Source of the DNA: Stegostoma tigrinum | Lineage: Eukaryota | DNA: 64,000 nt | Reading direction: 5' to 3' | Assembly: GCF_030684315.1 (NCBI RefSeq) | Contig: NC_081366.1 | Span: 30,480,078-30,544,077, forward strand | Shown: piece by piece, positions 37,236 through 49,204 of the stretch | How the letters are laid out: every line of letters begins with the position of its first letter | Position numbering within the stretch: position 1 is the first letter of the stretch | Translations under genes and position numbers: made by a program | Notes under the pieces: model-generated | Databases searched by the model: none | What the model was told of the DNA's origin: nothing | The model's input: the letters and a program-made list of their open reading frames with translations, nothing else

Positions 37236-39030
37236 TGGATTGGTCTTCTCTCCGGAACAGACTAGTGAAACTTCGATTTATGTCTCATAAGGAGAACTGT
37301 TCCCCCAGCAATCCTGCAGGTTGCTCGATGTTGCACTGAACTGTAAGCCTTGGTTATGAGCTCAAACCCTGATTGCTCCATCTTCTGATTAGTCAACCCG
37401 TGCTAAGCAAAAAGAAACTAATTTAACTGGTTGTTCATCTCTTTGCAATATTTGGGATTTTGTTGGAAAATTGTTAGGAAATACAATCTTTGCACGTAAC
37501 ACCAAGGTACTCAGCATTTTGAGCCATTTTGATGTAATGTTGTTATGTCTTTGGAAGAGTTACCATATTCAAGATACTAAAACAGAACAGAAAAGCTGGT
37601 AGTTTAAATGTAGCAGTAGCTTTAGTTGTGAAGAAACCCAAGCGAACTTCATTTGTTAAGACATTTATTATCACAAAGAGCTCATTTTAACAGTGGGACT
37701 ACAAGTTGTTTCTTATGTTATGTATTTACTTCTCTGCTGGTATCTCAGTAATAAGTCACCCCCTTTGTCTGTTGTAGTGTTTAGGTAGTCCATTGTTTAC
37801 AAGCAGTCATTTGCTATTTCTCCTTTGTTTGTTCATGGGATGTAGACATCACTGGCAAGGTCAGCATTTGTGACCCGTTGTTAAACCCTACTTCCCTCAG
37901 GATGCCATTCTTCCTGAGAGCTGAGACCGTAGCTTTCAACTCTCCGAATGAATGCTTACAACTCCATTCTTTTCCCTCTTAATTTCCACCCGACAGCTAC
38001 AACTTGTATTTCTATAATGCATTTTATTTTTGGGAGAAAGATCCCCTGAAAAGATACAGGACCATCATGAAGCCGAATTTAACACTAAACCGGGTAAGAT
38101 ATTAATACACCTGGCTAACGTTTAGACAAAAAGCTATGTTTAAGCTTTTGGAGCAGATTTGTAGCTCGGGTTGTGGATGTTGCAGTTGGTTGGCTCGCCG
38201 AGCTGCTTCACTGTTCCACAAATGTTTCATTACTCTGCTGGGTAACATCATCGATGCAGCCTCCAATGAAGCGCTGTTGTGTATTCCTGCCTGGTATTTA
38301 AACTCTGGGGCCCATTGAGTTGGATTACCTCACTTCTGGTTTTCCTTTGCAGTATATAGAGTGTAGCTCAACGTGTTCGTGGATGGCCTTCTTAGTAGAG
38401 AAGCAGGTCTCTGGGAATTCCCGTGCTTGTCTCCGCTTGGCCTGTTCTAATCAAACTGGTGATTTTCCTTATCCATGTGGATGGAGAGGAGTGTGTATTG
38501 GTCATGTCTATTCATGTAATAGGCATTTTCTCACCCAGTTTTTCGGGTATCCGTTGTCCTATTACACAAATGATACCAGGAAGATACTGCACACCCCAGC
38601 ACACTCCTCACACTACCTTACACCGAGAACACATTCGAACTGGCCACAAGAATCCTACAACCACTGGGCATCAGAGTAGCACACAAACCCACATCAACTT
38701 GACACAACTGCTAACCCGAACTAAATGACCCTTTACCCACTGTGGTTAGGACCAATGTCATATGCAAGATCCCCTGCAAAGACTGTGACAAATATTACAC
38801 TGTACAGACAGGAAGGAATTAGCCTCAAGAGTACACAAATATCAAATAGCAACAAAAAGACGAGTGCTCACTCATCTCCATCCATATGGATAAGGAAAAC
38901 CAACAACACCAGGATCCTGGGACAGGCCAAGCAGAGACAAGCACGAGAATTCCTAGAGACCTGCTTCTCTACTAAGAAGGCCATCCACAAACACATTGAG
39001 CTAGACCCTATATATATTCCACTGCAAAGG

Positions 39031-39147
39031 CTGTGTAGATTAGGCAGGGTATATGGGTATGGGTCTGGGTGGGATGTTCCAAGGTTTAGTGTGGACTTGT
39101 TGGGCCAAAGAGCCTGTTCCCACACTGTAGGGATTCTGTGATTCTGT
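39031..39147 (+). mobile_element. HE1/V-SINE 3' tail fragment inserted in the Penelope-like element
   Basis: gggtctgggtgggatg...gtgtggacttgttgggccaaagagcctgttcccacactgtagggattct matches the tail at ~46920-47005. Confidence 0.7.
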
Positions 39148-39232
39148 AAAGCCGCAAGTGAGGTAACCCAGCTTAACGGACAATGAGTTTAAATACCAGG
39201 CGGGAAAACACAGCAGCGATTCATCGGAGGCT

Positions 39233-39272
39233 GCACTGATGATGTTACCCAGCAGGGTAATGAAACATCTGT
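39233..39272 (+). ncRNA. Minimal hammerhead ribozyme motif (predicted)
   Basis: GCA CUGAUGA U GUUACCC-AGCA-GGGUAAU GAAA C AUC UGU. The core is intact; stem III looks CpG-decayed (CG to CA). Confidence 0.55.
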
Positions 39273-39479
39273 GGAACAACGAACCAATTCAGCGAGCCAA
39301 CCAACCTCAAAAAGGTATGTTTTACGGAGTGTATTAAAGAGGGGAGAGAGAGTAAGAGAAGGGTAAAACATGTTTGTGAAGAAACTGCCAAGCGGAGTTC
39401 TATTCGGCTTAGACTAGAGATGGAATTTGGGACCAAACTGGGCAGTTCAGGCTAGAACATCAGTAGGCACATTTCCAGT

Positions 39480-40005
39480 TACTTAAGTTTTGAGGGCCCC
39501 TTAGCTAAGAAAATACTGGCCTTGAACGCAGTCCCGAGAAGGTTCACTAGGCTAATACCAGATATAGGCACTGCTGTATGAGAAAAAATTGAGTAGGTCA
39601 CACCTATACTCATTGGAGTTTAGAAGACTGAGGTGGGATCTTATTGAAACATACAGGATTCTTAGAGGACTTCACTGTGTAGGTGAAAAGAGGTCGTTCC
39701 TCTTTGTGGGTGAATTGAGACTGAATAAGAGGTATCAGAGGTCACCCATTTAAGACAGAGATCAGGAGGAATTTTTGGCTAGTGAGTCTGTGGAATTCTT
39801 TGCCACAGAGGACTGTCAGACTTGGGTCATTTAAGTATGTTGAAGGCTGAGGTAGACTTCTAAGCAGTAAGGGGATCAAGGTTTATAAGGAAATAAAATA
39901 AAAATGGAGTTGAATATTATCTGGTTAGCCATGATCACATTGAATAGCACAACAGAAATGCTCGGTTGAATGGTCTGCATCTACGCCTATGTGTTACAGT
40001 CTTAA
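39480..40005 (+). mobile_element. CR1 LINE 3' fragment
   Basis: gaaggttcactaggctaatacc, tatactcattggagtttagaagactgagg and catttaagacagagat, followed by the 3' UTR. Confidence 0.8.
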
Positions 40006-40479
40006 GATACATTTCCAGATTTTAGAGGACATTTACTAGTTTGTGGGTTGGAAAGGTGAAACGCAACAGTTAGTTACAGTTCAGATCTGTCGATGGTAAA
40101 ATCCAGGGTCTCAAAACAAAACACAAACATCCTTTCTCACATTACTGTAGCTCACTTAGACTGTATTCAGGGAATTCCCCTGACATTTGCTTAAGTTAAA
40201 TTTCAGCACCTGGGTCTTTTTTCTTAAGTTCCCATCACATTTTGAGTCCTTTCTGGAACAGCTAATGACAACATCAGTAATGTACTATCCTTTTTAATTC
40301 TTGATGACAGTCTAAGTAGTTCAGACTCTCCTTTACAATCACTTGAATTGTCCTATATACAGAAGAAAATTAAGTACGCACCCAAATTGACCAGATGCAC
40401 GCCAGTTAAATGTCAAAGAAGGATCAACTGTATTGAATAAAGTTGCTGTCATCAAAGAAGAAAAACCATAAAATGAAAA

Positions 40480-40750
40480 AAGTTGTATTTATGTAGCACT
40501 TCTCATGAACAATGGACTTATCAAAATACTTTACAGCCAGTGAAGTATTTCTGATGTGGAATCACCACTGTAAAATAGAGCCTCATCTTAATCCCTAATC
40601 TGAAAGACAAGTCTTTGGACTGCACAGCGCTCCCTTAATGCTCCACCACAGTCTTAGCCTTGATTTTGTTTTTGTATGCCTGAGTCCTGGCAGAAGATTT
40701 GACCCAAAATCTTGTGACTCGGAGACAAAAATGCTAACAATGGAGCCACC
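40480..40750 (-). mobile_element. Old Deu-type/tRNA SINE fragment
   Basis: Reverse complement resembles 62232-62830 (ctgaaagac...gcgctcccttaatgc...gatttgaccca...tgactc). Similar pieces occur at ~36120-36340 and ~47075-47195. Confidence 0.5.
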
Positions 40751-42194
40751 CCTAGCTCAAAAGCATTTGTGAAATGTTTAATGGTTTACACCTAGCAGCC
40801 TCCGTAACTGCGGAGCATGTTACTCAGACTGATAAATGAAGGGGTGTCCCCAGTTGTAACCACAAGTTGCACACTTCCTTGCAACAAAAGTCATTTAGAG
40901 AAATGGAACAGAACTAATTGAGTGGGCACAGGAGATGGCAACTGCTGGGACAGAACTTTAAGCTTGGATCTTCTTCACATAATTGTAACATAACTCTGTT
41001 TTCCTGTACCTTGTCATTCTGATAGCCTGCTGTTCCTTAGCTGAACATTTTCTTTAAACTCAATTGTCAGTGTTTGTGGAAGAATTTTCCTTGTGCAAAT
41101 AGTGCCCTTTACTCGGTTTCATTTCTTTGTGGAGAAGACAGGAGACAAATGTCCAATATGTAATATTCACAATTCAGTTTTCAATGGCCAAACATTTCTT
41201 CCTCCTCACTGCTAACCCCTGTCCCTACAAGCTAGAGGAACTCGACCAGCAGCTCATTTGAAGAAGCGAAGGGGTAACAAAGAAATTCTTTAAGATACCT
41301 TTAGATTTAATTTGCATGTGGTTTGGCCTGCATTTCCTCTGGTCTGTGATGCTGTCATCAGAACAAGGGAGGTGACTTTCACAAGACAGGGATTCAGCAG
41401 GCAGACTGCCTTCCACCAAACTGCAAAGTGCTGAACATAGAAGTAGTTTAGTTTAACGCTGCTGCACTCCTTATTGTGTGCTTCAATTGATCACTTGAAG
41501 ATGTTTTTAATATTAGCAAATTTGATGGCAGACATCAAGTTCTGCAACACTGTATGGTGTTGACAAATGGTGACAGCCATGCTGAAGAACTTGTACCTGA
41601 TTAAATGTCACCAGATTATTGATTTGTACTGTACACTTGATTCATCATAAAACAATCTGCATTATGTCATACTATAGTTGGTATATGTTACATCGAGCGA
41701 TGATAATAGACAGATGAATAAAACTGGACAGGATTTTAACCTCCATCATGTTACTAAGCAAACCTGAATGAAGAAATTTCACTTGAGGAATGCACCATGT
41801 CTTCACCTTGACAGAGCATTTCTTTTTTAGGAAACTCTATTCAGTGTAGCTGATGCTCAGTCACTTTTCAAGCCATACCTGCTTTGCTAATAACATTGTT
41901 TGTAGGTTCAAGGATCATCTTTGAAGATGCTCAATGAATAAGCAGCAGTGATCAGTCACATTAGACTGGATTTTCCCAAAATTTGGACGTGACAATTTCA
42001 AGATGTTTCATGGAGGCTTCCCTCTCGGAGTTTGAGTGAGTTTTCTCATGCAGTTTTACAGTTCTCACCTCATTGAGTTGGCACCATGGTACTACTCTCA
42101 TAATGTTTTTCACTCAGCAGAGACAAGTGCTTGCAAGTGCTGGGAGTGTTCACGCCGTTAGCACCATATTTAAACCCTAGCTGTGTACCAATTC

Positions 42195-42940
42195 AAACAC
42201 TGCAAGGCAGGAGTAGGCTTTCACACATCTTCGCAGTGTGTGAGGATCTCCAAAAGATGTAGCTGAGAGGCAAATTGGCACTGCAATTTGTGAAGGAGAC
42301 CTGGCCAGAAGTTGTCACTTCAGACCACCAACAATTTATCCTGGTTCGTCCATCCACATTGACGATACTGTTAAGAAAGCACACCAACTCCTCTACGTCA
42401 TCAGAAAGCTAAGGAAATTCAGCATGATGACAGTGATTCTTAACCAATTTTTATAGATGCACCACAGAAAGCATCCTATCCAAGTTTATCACAGCTCAGT
42501 ATGCCCCAGATTTCAGGAAATTAGAGAGTTATGAAATAGTCCAGCCCATAATGCAAACCAGCCTTCCTTCCATTGACTCTGACTCTGTCTATATCTTCTA
42601 CTGCCTCAGGAAAGAAACCAACATAACCAAAGACCCCTCCCTGGCCAGTTATACTCTCTTCCAACCTCTTCCATCTGGCAGAAGATATAAAAGTTTGAAA
42701 ACATAACAGCAGATTTCAGTGAAGCTTCTTCCCCATTGTTATCAGACTTCTGAGCGTATCTCTCATATGAGAGTTGATTTTCTTCTGCACTGTCTCTGTA
42801 GCTGTAATGCTGTATTCTGCATTCTGTTCTCTTACCCTGAAGCATTTGTGTAAGTTGTGATTTGTCTGATTATCGTATAAAACAGTATATATTGGTGTAT
42901 CCTGATACATGTGACAATTACGAATCAAATCAAATCCAGT
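42195..42940 (+). mobile_element. Rex1/Babar LINE 3' fragment
   Basis: aatttatcctgg...gttaagaaagcacaccaa...agaaagctaaggaaattcagcatg, then ccatctggcagaagatat and agcttcttcccc. Tail aatcaaatcaaatc. Confidence 0.8.
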
Positions 42941-45654
42941 TTGGATCACTACCATTTGCCTTCTCCAGTGGAATACCTAAGAGTGTAGGAAGCTTAATGC
43001 CCTTTGGCACTTTGCAAGGGTAATTGTCACCATCGTCTCTCTGCTACTTCATTGCTACTTTGAAGAGGAAGACACAGATCTCTGAGGGAGAAAAAACAAG
43101 GCTGTCTCCTGCACCATCCAGTAGATTGAGTAGCCAGTGGTACTTTAGTTACATTATTTTTAGGAGACGTTTTGGTGAGCACATCACTGTCACATCTTTC
43201 CACCTGGTTGTCCCAGATGATTGGCACTCTCAGGGACTATTGGAGACCAGGCATCTGCTCAACCCCTAAGCAAGGAAAGATCCCATAGTGTCAGCCATTA
43301 AGAGCTTTGTGTGAATGTGCAAACGGGCACAGGCAGGTTTGTCAGAGACATCTGGGATACTGAGTCAAAGGTTGGAGGAATCCCACCAATGCGACCTGTG
43401 CCATACTGGCTTTGCATTTGTGTGCCTGGTTGTCTCCATGGACAGGTCGGGTCATTGCCACGGAGAGCCCGGTCCAACAGAATGCTCTGGCTGCCAGAGA
43501 TGTATGCAGACCCCCACTCCATTACTCAGTGACAATGGCAAGACAACAGGAGGATGAGGACCTTGAGCTGACTCCAGGTTCCCCTTCCTCAACAATGCCA
43601 GCCGGTAAGCAGACACATTCCACATACATACCCACAGAGGTTTCGCTCTCAGGACAGTCCAGAAGTTCACGGCTCCTCCAGCTCCACTTTGCCTGTGACT
43701 TCAGTTTGAAGAGGAAGAGAGTGACCCTGTATTTGACTCAGGTTACCTCCTGATCTCATCTGAAATTTTGGATCACAAAGACCTCTGGGGTTGTCTTCCC
43801 AAAACCCCAGTAGGGCAGCCTCCCTCCAGCCCAGCTGTGAAACTCAGGACAGCAGCTAGACGAAGTGGAAGAGAAAAGTAACTGTAATGCTTCCTGACAC
43901 CTTAATGAGCACCTTTTATCTACACCCCTCATATCACCCGAGAAATGCACCATTGCATTTAAGAGCAGGTTTCTTTTTCATTCACTCATGGGACATAGAC
44001 ATTGCTGGCTAGCCAGCATTTTATTGCCTCTCCATATGCTGTGAAATTCTTGCAGTTCAGGGTCTGAGGAAAGCAGCTAGGAGCCATTGTACAGCCTTTG
44101 AGACCTTGGAACATGCTTGTAAATTGTGGACTGCAGGAGCCACTTTGTGGGTTGACTGTGATTACTCTGCTTCACAGAGAAAATGAGGATTAATTTGTAA
44201 TCAACACATTTGTCACTGCGTGAGGTAGACATATTGAGTTTTGTGACTACAGATGTATTTAACCTGTAATGGATAAGTGCCTGATTAATGAACATGTGCC
44301 TTGAAGAGCTTCACTGTACTGGCAAATATAGCTTGAGTCCTCAGACAGGAATAAAACACTTACTCCTCTCCCCATGGGTGTGTTGGCAGCCATTTTCTCA
44401 TTTCCTGTGACACATTGGTGATTCACATAAGAATGAAAAGGATCACAGGAACAGAGGAACAGTCTCAATGTTTTAATCTAGAGACCCCCTCTTGAGCCTT
44501 CATGTTCCTTTCTTCCCCATGTTTGAGCCTCCCACATTCACTTTGCAACTCCTACTTTGCCTTATGAGCCACACTCCTACAGATGAGCTATGATGAGCAT
44601 TGTTATGGGTCTGCCACATTCTATTGAAGCTAGGGTAGTGATCCGTCAGTGTCATGCTTGACCCCTCCCTCCCCTCCCCAATGATGAGAACCCTTCCCAC
44701 TTCTTCCATTCTTAAATATTGCAGTGCCCTTCCCTTCAGAGTTATTGTCCCCTCTGCATCCTGGCACACTATCTGCAGTCCCCATGTTTGACTTCCCCCA
44801 TCACAGCTGTGATGAAGACCGATAACTCCCTTGACTTCCACTGAGCAGACACCAGAATTGACTGTGACCCACCGTCTCTATTATGGAGAGTTATAACCTG
44901 GTCACATCAAGTAGCTGAGTGACTGTGACCAAGCTGTTGGACTGAGATCTGACTACGCCTTTGAGTGGCTGTAGTGGCAGCCCCTGACTAAATATAGTCC
45001 CCCTTGACTAACCTAGGGACTGCTTCTGTAGACCTTGAGACATGGCCATATGGTCGAAACACAGGGAGTGAGATTGCCACATAGACTGCAGGCCTGTGGA
45101 GTAGTCGTGACGTTAATGTGGCACAGTGCTGAACAGGCACGTCCATCCCCTTGACTGTTCTTTGAGACAAACATGATGAACTACCTGGCTTTCTGTCGGT
45201 TTGAAAAAGCAAGTAAGACAGCAATATTAAGAGCGTTTTAAGTTCTGAGTGAAGCAATAATCCACATAAAAGCAAGGCAGTGTGTGAGCTGCGCTTACCT
45301 AAGCGGGCTCAAAGTAAGCGAGTGTTGAGAAAGCAAGCTAAAAGCACAGGGGTGCAGTCTGTTCCAATACATGAGATGGCTGACTGTCCCTGTCCATAAA
45401 GCTAACCAGCAGCAACATTGCAATGTAAGGTCCGGTGTGTCCAAATGTGTTGTATTAAGGTGGTGAATGTTATTATGAGTCCCAGAAATACCATGATCAT
45501 GTGGTGAGGTTGGTGCTTTGCTGATGCCAAATCCCAAGGAAGGAAAGTGTAGGAAACCACTGCCCATGCCCTGAGATACTAGCAAATGCTGGCCATGATG
45601 GAAACCCTTAGAAGACATTATTGATCTACAACCCCTGGTAACTGGGCAGGCAAT

Positions 45655-45968
45655 GACTCTGTGGTATTATTGCTGGAATGTTAATCTGGAGACCTAGGTA
45701 ATGTTCTGGGGACCCAGTTTGTATCCTGCCATGGCACATTGTGGAATTTGAATTCGATAAAAATCTGAAATAAGTGATGATCCTGACAAACCCATCTGGT
45801 TCACAAATGTCCTTTAGGGAAGCAAATTGGCATCCTTACCTGGCCTGGCCTACATGTGACTCAAGATCCTCAGCACTGTGGTTGACTATTAAATGCCACC
45901 TGGGCAGTTAGGAATGGGCAATATATGCTGGCCTACCTAGCAACTCCCTTATCCTGTGAATTTTAAAA
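45655..45968 (+). mobile_element. tRNA-derived SINE (family A)
   Basis: Aligns with 33165 and 51562 (gtaatgttctggggaccc, ccatctggttcac, tggcctacatgtgactc). Confidence 0.8.
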
Positions 45969-46611
45969 AAATCTCTTGCTTTCATCTTAAGAATTAATAC
46001 TATCTACCTTTCCTCCACTACTTGGGGAAAATGGCAATTTTTATATAAATAGGCTGCAATTAGGTAATAATGACAGATTAATACTTGCAAATAAGCCCCT
46101 CAATGCTGATTGGTGAGATTTACATTTCAGCCGTTGAAACCTTCAGGAAAAAAATCAAATTGCTTTTCTTGACATCAAGAATCTCATTTTTCCATTCTCA
46201 CCATGTTCTCCCAACCAACTCGCACATGCCATTCAGGAGTTGGGAAAATTCTGTCCACTATCTAAATAATCCTCAATTATTGCTGGTTATTGACTCTAAA
46301 ACAGATGGATATTTTACTCTTTTATTGTCCATGACATTGTGATTATCTTAAATGGTATAATTGACTCCACAAGTAATAAAAGCAAGAGTAAATGCAGAAC
46401 TTGTGTTAATTCAACATCGTTCACTAATTTGACATGTCCCTGGCACCTTTTGGAATTGTTATTGCGATGTTGCAGACCAGTAGCGCACAGAGCAATTCCA
46501 AAACAGGAATGAGAAGTGGCCAGATAACTTGCTACAGTGATGGATGAGAATACATGTTGGCCAGCACACCAGGTGCGTTCCTGCTGCTCTTCTGTGAGAT
46601 GCTGTTTCAGA

Positions 46612-47005
46612 CTGGAGTGGCTCAGTGGTTAGCACTGCTGCCTTACAGCGCCAGGGACCCAGGTTCAGTTCCACCCTCGGGCGACTGCGGAGTTTGCACA
46701 TTCTCCCCGTGTCTGCATGGACTTCCTCCGGGTGTTCCAATTTCCTCCCACAGTCCAAGGATGTGCTGCCTAGATGTGGATTGGCCATGCTCATATAGTG
46801 CCCAGGCATGTGCAGGCTAGGTGGATTGGCTGTGCTCATATGGTGTCCAGGGATATGTAGGCTAGCTGGATTAGCCATGGGAAATGATGGGTTACAGAGA
46901 TAGGGTAGGATTGGGGGTGTTGGGTATGGGTGGAATCCTCTTCAGAGGGTCTGTGTGGACTTGATTGGCTAAATTGCCTGCTTTCCACCCTGTTGGGATT
47001 CAGTG
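46612..47005 (+). mobile_element. HE1-like V-SINE
   Basis: tRNA head tggctcagtggttagcactgctgcc...ggttcagttcc. V-domain ggagtttgcacattctccccgtgtctgc...tttcctcccacagtccaa. CR1-like tail. Confidence 0.88.
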
Positions 47006-47284
47006 ATCCTTCTAATATTGCTATATGCTGTGGTTTTGTTTTTTAACTCCTACACGGAAGTGGCAGATAATTCCTCAGTTTAGCACCTCATCCAAAAGAC
47101 AACTCTGCACTGAAAGTCAGCCGTTATGTACTTAAGTCAATTGATTGGAAGTTGAACCCACAAACGTCTGCCTCTGAGATAAGTGTTACCACTGAGGCAA
47201 GGTGCGAATACTGCTTTAGCTATTCTTTGTGAATATGCGTATGTCTAGTGTTTTTTCTCCCCACTGCTGAAAACAGTAACATGA

Positions 47285-47615
47285 AAGGCCTGGATAGAAC
47301 AGATGTGTGGAAGAGGTTTCCTCTAGTTGAAGAGACTTGTACTTGCAGGCACAGCTGTCACAGTGAAGGGTTGACCCTTTAGAACTGAGATGTGGAGGAA
47401 TTTCTTCAGCCAGAGAATGGCTAGTCTGTAGAACTTATTGCTACAGAAGGCTGTGGAGGCCAAGTACTTAAGACAGCGATGAATAGATTTGGAAGGCGAT
47501 CAAGGATTACAGGGAGAAGGCAGGAGAATGGTGTTGAGAAACATATCTGTCATGATCAAATGGCACAGCAGACTCAATGGGCCAAATGGCCTCAATATGC
47601 TCCTATATCCTATTC
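47285..47615 (+). mobile_element. CR1 LINE 3' fragment
   Basis: ccctttagaactgagatgtggaggaatttcttcagccagaga and gatcaaggattacagggagaagg. Confidence 0.8.
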
Positions 47616-48865
47616 CTGTTAATGAACCAGGTATGTCCTGTGTAGAGGAGAGATTGTTTGTTTTTTTTAAACTGTGGGTCCTTGCTTAACTGGAGTGTTT
47701 TCACTGCTTGCTGCCGAAAGCACTGAATCCGCTAACTTCAGTTTTGTGTTGTTGTTGTCATTGTTGTGTACATGCCAGATCATAACTGGAAAATTTTGGA
47801 TGACGTCAGTTACTTCCTGTGATTGCTGTACAATTCCAGTTGTACATTTTGTTACAACGGGGTTGAGGCTAATTGCACTGAGTGATGTGGGGCCATTTAA
47901 TCTTATTCTGTGTGGGTGTTTGTTATTTTAAAGTTTGCTTTATCAGCGTTTTGAACTCCACGCAGTGGACACCAGGCAGCTTGACAGTGTTTTTAGATCA
48001 CAAGTAAGGCCGACCACATTCTAGTCAATCTGGTGAGTGAAGTCAGAATGATGTGAAATAGGTTGTTCTGCAGTTCTCTGCTTGCAACTTGAAAATAACT
48101 GATAAACTAGACTTGTGTTAACTATCAGTTCTGTGTGAACTAACCTCTGTAGGCGGTGACGTGAATTAGCAGCAGGGAGATTAGGTTTTCAGTATTGTGC
48201 CATTGACTGGCTGGAAGGAGGATGTATCTTGCTGGGCGTGTGTTGGTGTGACAGAGGATGTGTTGTATGTAATGCAAGGCCACAGCAATGCTTGTGTACT
48301 CATTGGCAATGAGAAGAGAGCAGCAGAGAGGGCTGATAGTGGTGTGAGAAAGGAGACCTTGTAGGCCAAAGCAGCAGCACCTGAAGGAAGCTCGTTATTG
48401 AGATCGCTTTAAGAACCTGTAAAGTCAGAGAAGTTGCAGCAACAGGGAATCGGAACGCTTTTCCTCCAGCCGGCAAATTAAATTGAATATTCACTTTCAA
48501 CTAAATAAAAAGAAGTAAATCTGGGCTTCCCTTACAGTGCTCAGTTATTTTGGGATAAAAACATCATTAATGGTGCGCAAAGTAACTGCTGTTTTTGCCA
48601 TGGCGGATTATCTTTCCTAAACAGTTGTCATCTTTAGCATTATCTGACTTGTATGTGTTTCCAAAAGAGGTCATTTTTACACAGTGGATCCACAGAAATG
48701 TAATTGGTTGCCCTCTGAAAAGGCCTAGCAACCGCGTAATTTCACTGAAACTGCTGCATAAGTGGTCACTCTGGGGAGTACTTTCTCCGCGACAACCTCA
48801 GCAGCTCAGGAAGGTGGTTCACCATTACCTCCTCAAGAGTGGGCATGGATGCACAATAAATACTC

Positions 48866-49204
48866 TGGCTATCAACTCTATCTATGCCTCTCATTATCTT
48901 GTATAGCCAGAGACTATTTCCCAGGGCAGAAATGGCTAGCACGAGGGGTCATAGTTTTAAGCTGTTTGGAGGAAAGTATAGAGGGGATGTGAGAGGCAGG
49001 TTCTTTACGCAGAGAGTTGTGGGAGCATGGAATGCGTTGCCAGCAGCAGTTGTGGAAGCAAGGTCATTGGGGTCATTTAAGAGACTGCTGGACATGTATA
49101 TGGTCACAGAAATTTGAGGGTGCATACATGAGGATCAATGGTCGGCACAACATTGTGGGCTGAAGGGCCTGTTCTGTGCTGTACTGTTCTATGTTCTATG
49201 TTCT
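48866..49204 (+). mobile_element. Young CR1 3' end with an inverted 5' segment and 7-bp TSD
   Basis: Open frame QRLFPRAEMASTRGHSFKL...RFFTQRVVGAWNALPAAVVEA, (TTCTATG)n tail, and AATACTC at 48859-48865 and 49205-49211. Confidence 0.9.

Larger units (their letters stand above)
38145..39312. mobile_element. Penelope-like element 3' end (GIY-YIG) with a long inverted duplication
   Basis: The + strand reads ILGQAKQRQAREFLETCFSTKKAIHKHIELDPIY, with a frameshifted caagatcccctgcaaagactgt (KIPCKDC). 38170-38530 is the reverse complement of ~38860-39305, and both strands translate WMAFLVEKQVS.NSRACL. Confidence 0.82.

Noticed and set aside
46612-46690. tRNA gene (also the heads at 33165, 51562, 60085 and 62232)
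   Set aside because: The A/B boxes run directly into SINE bodies and there is no complete cloverleaf.
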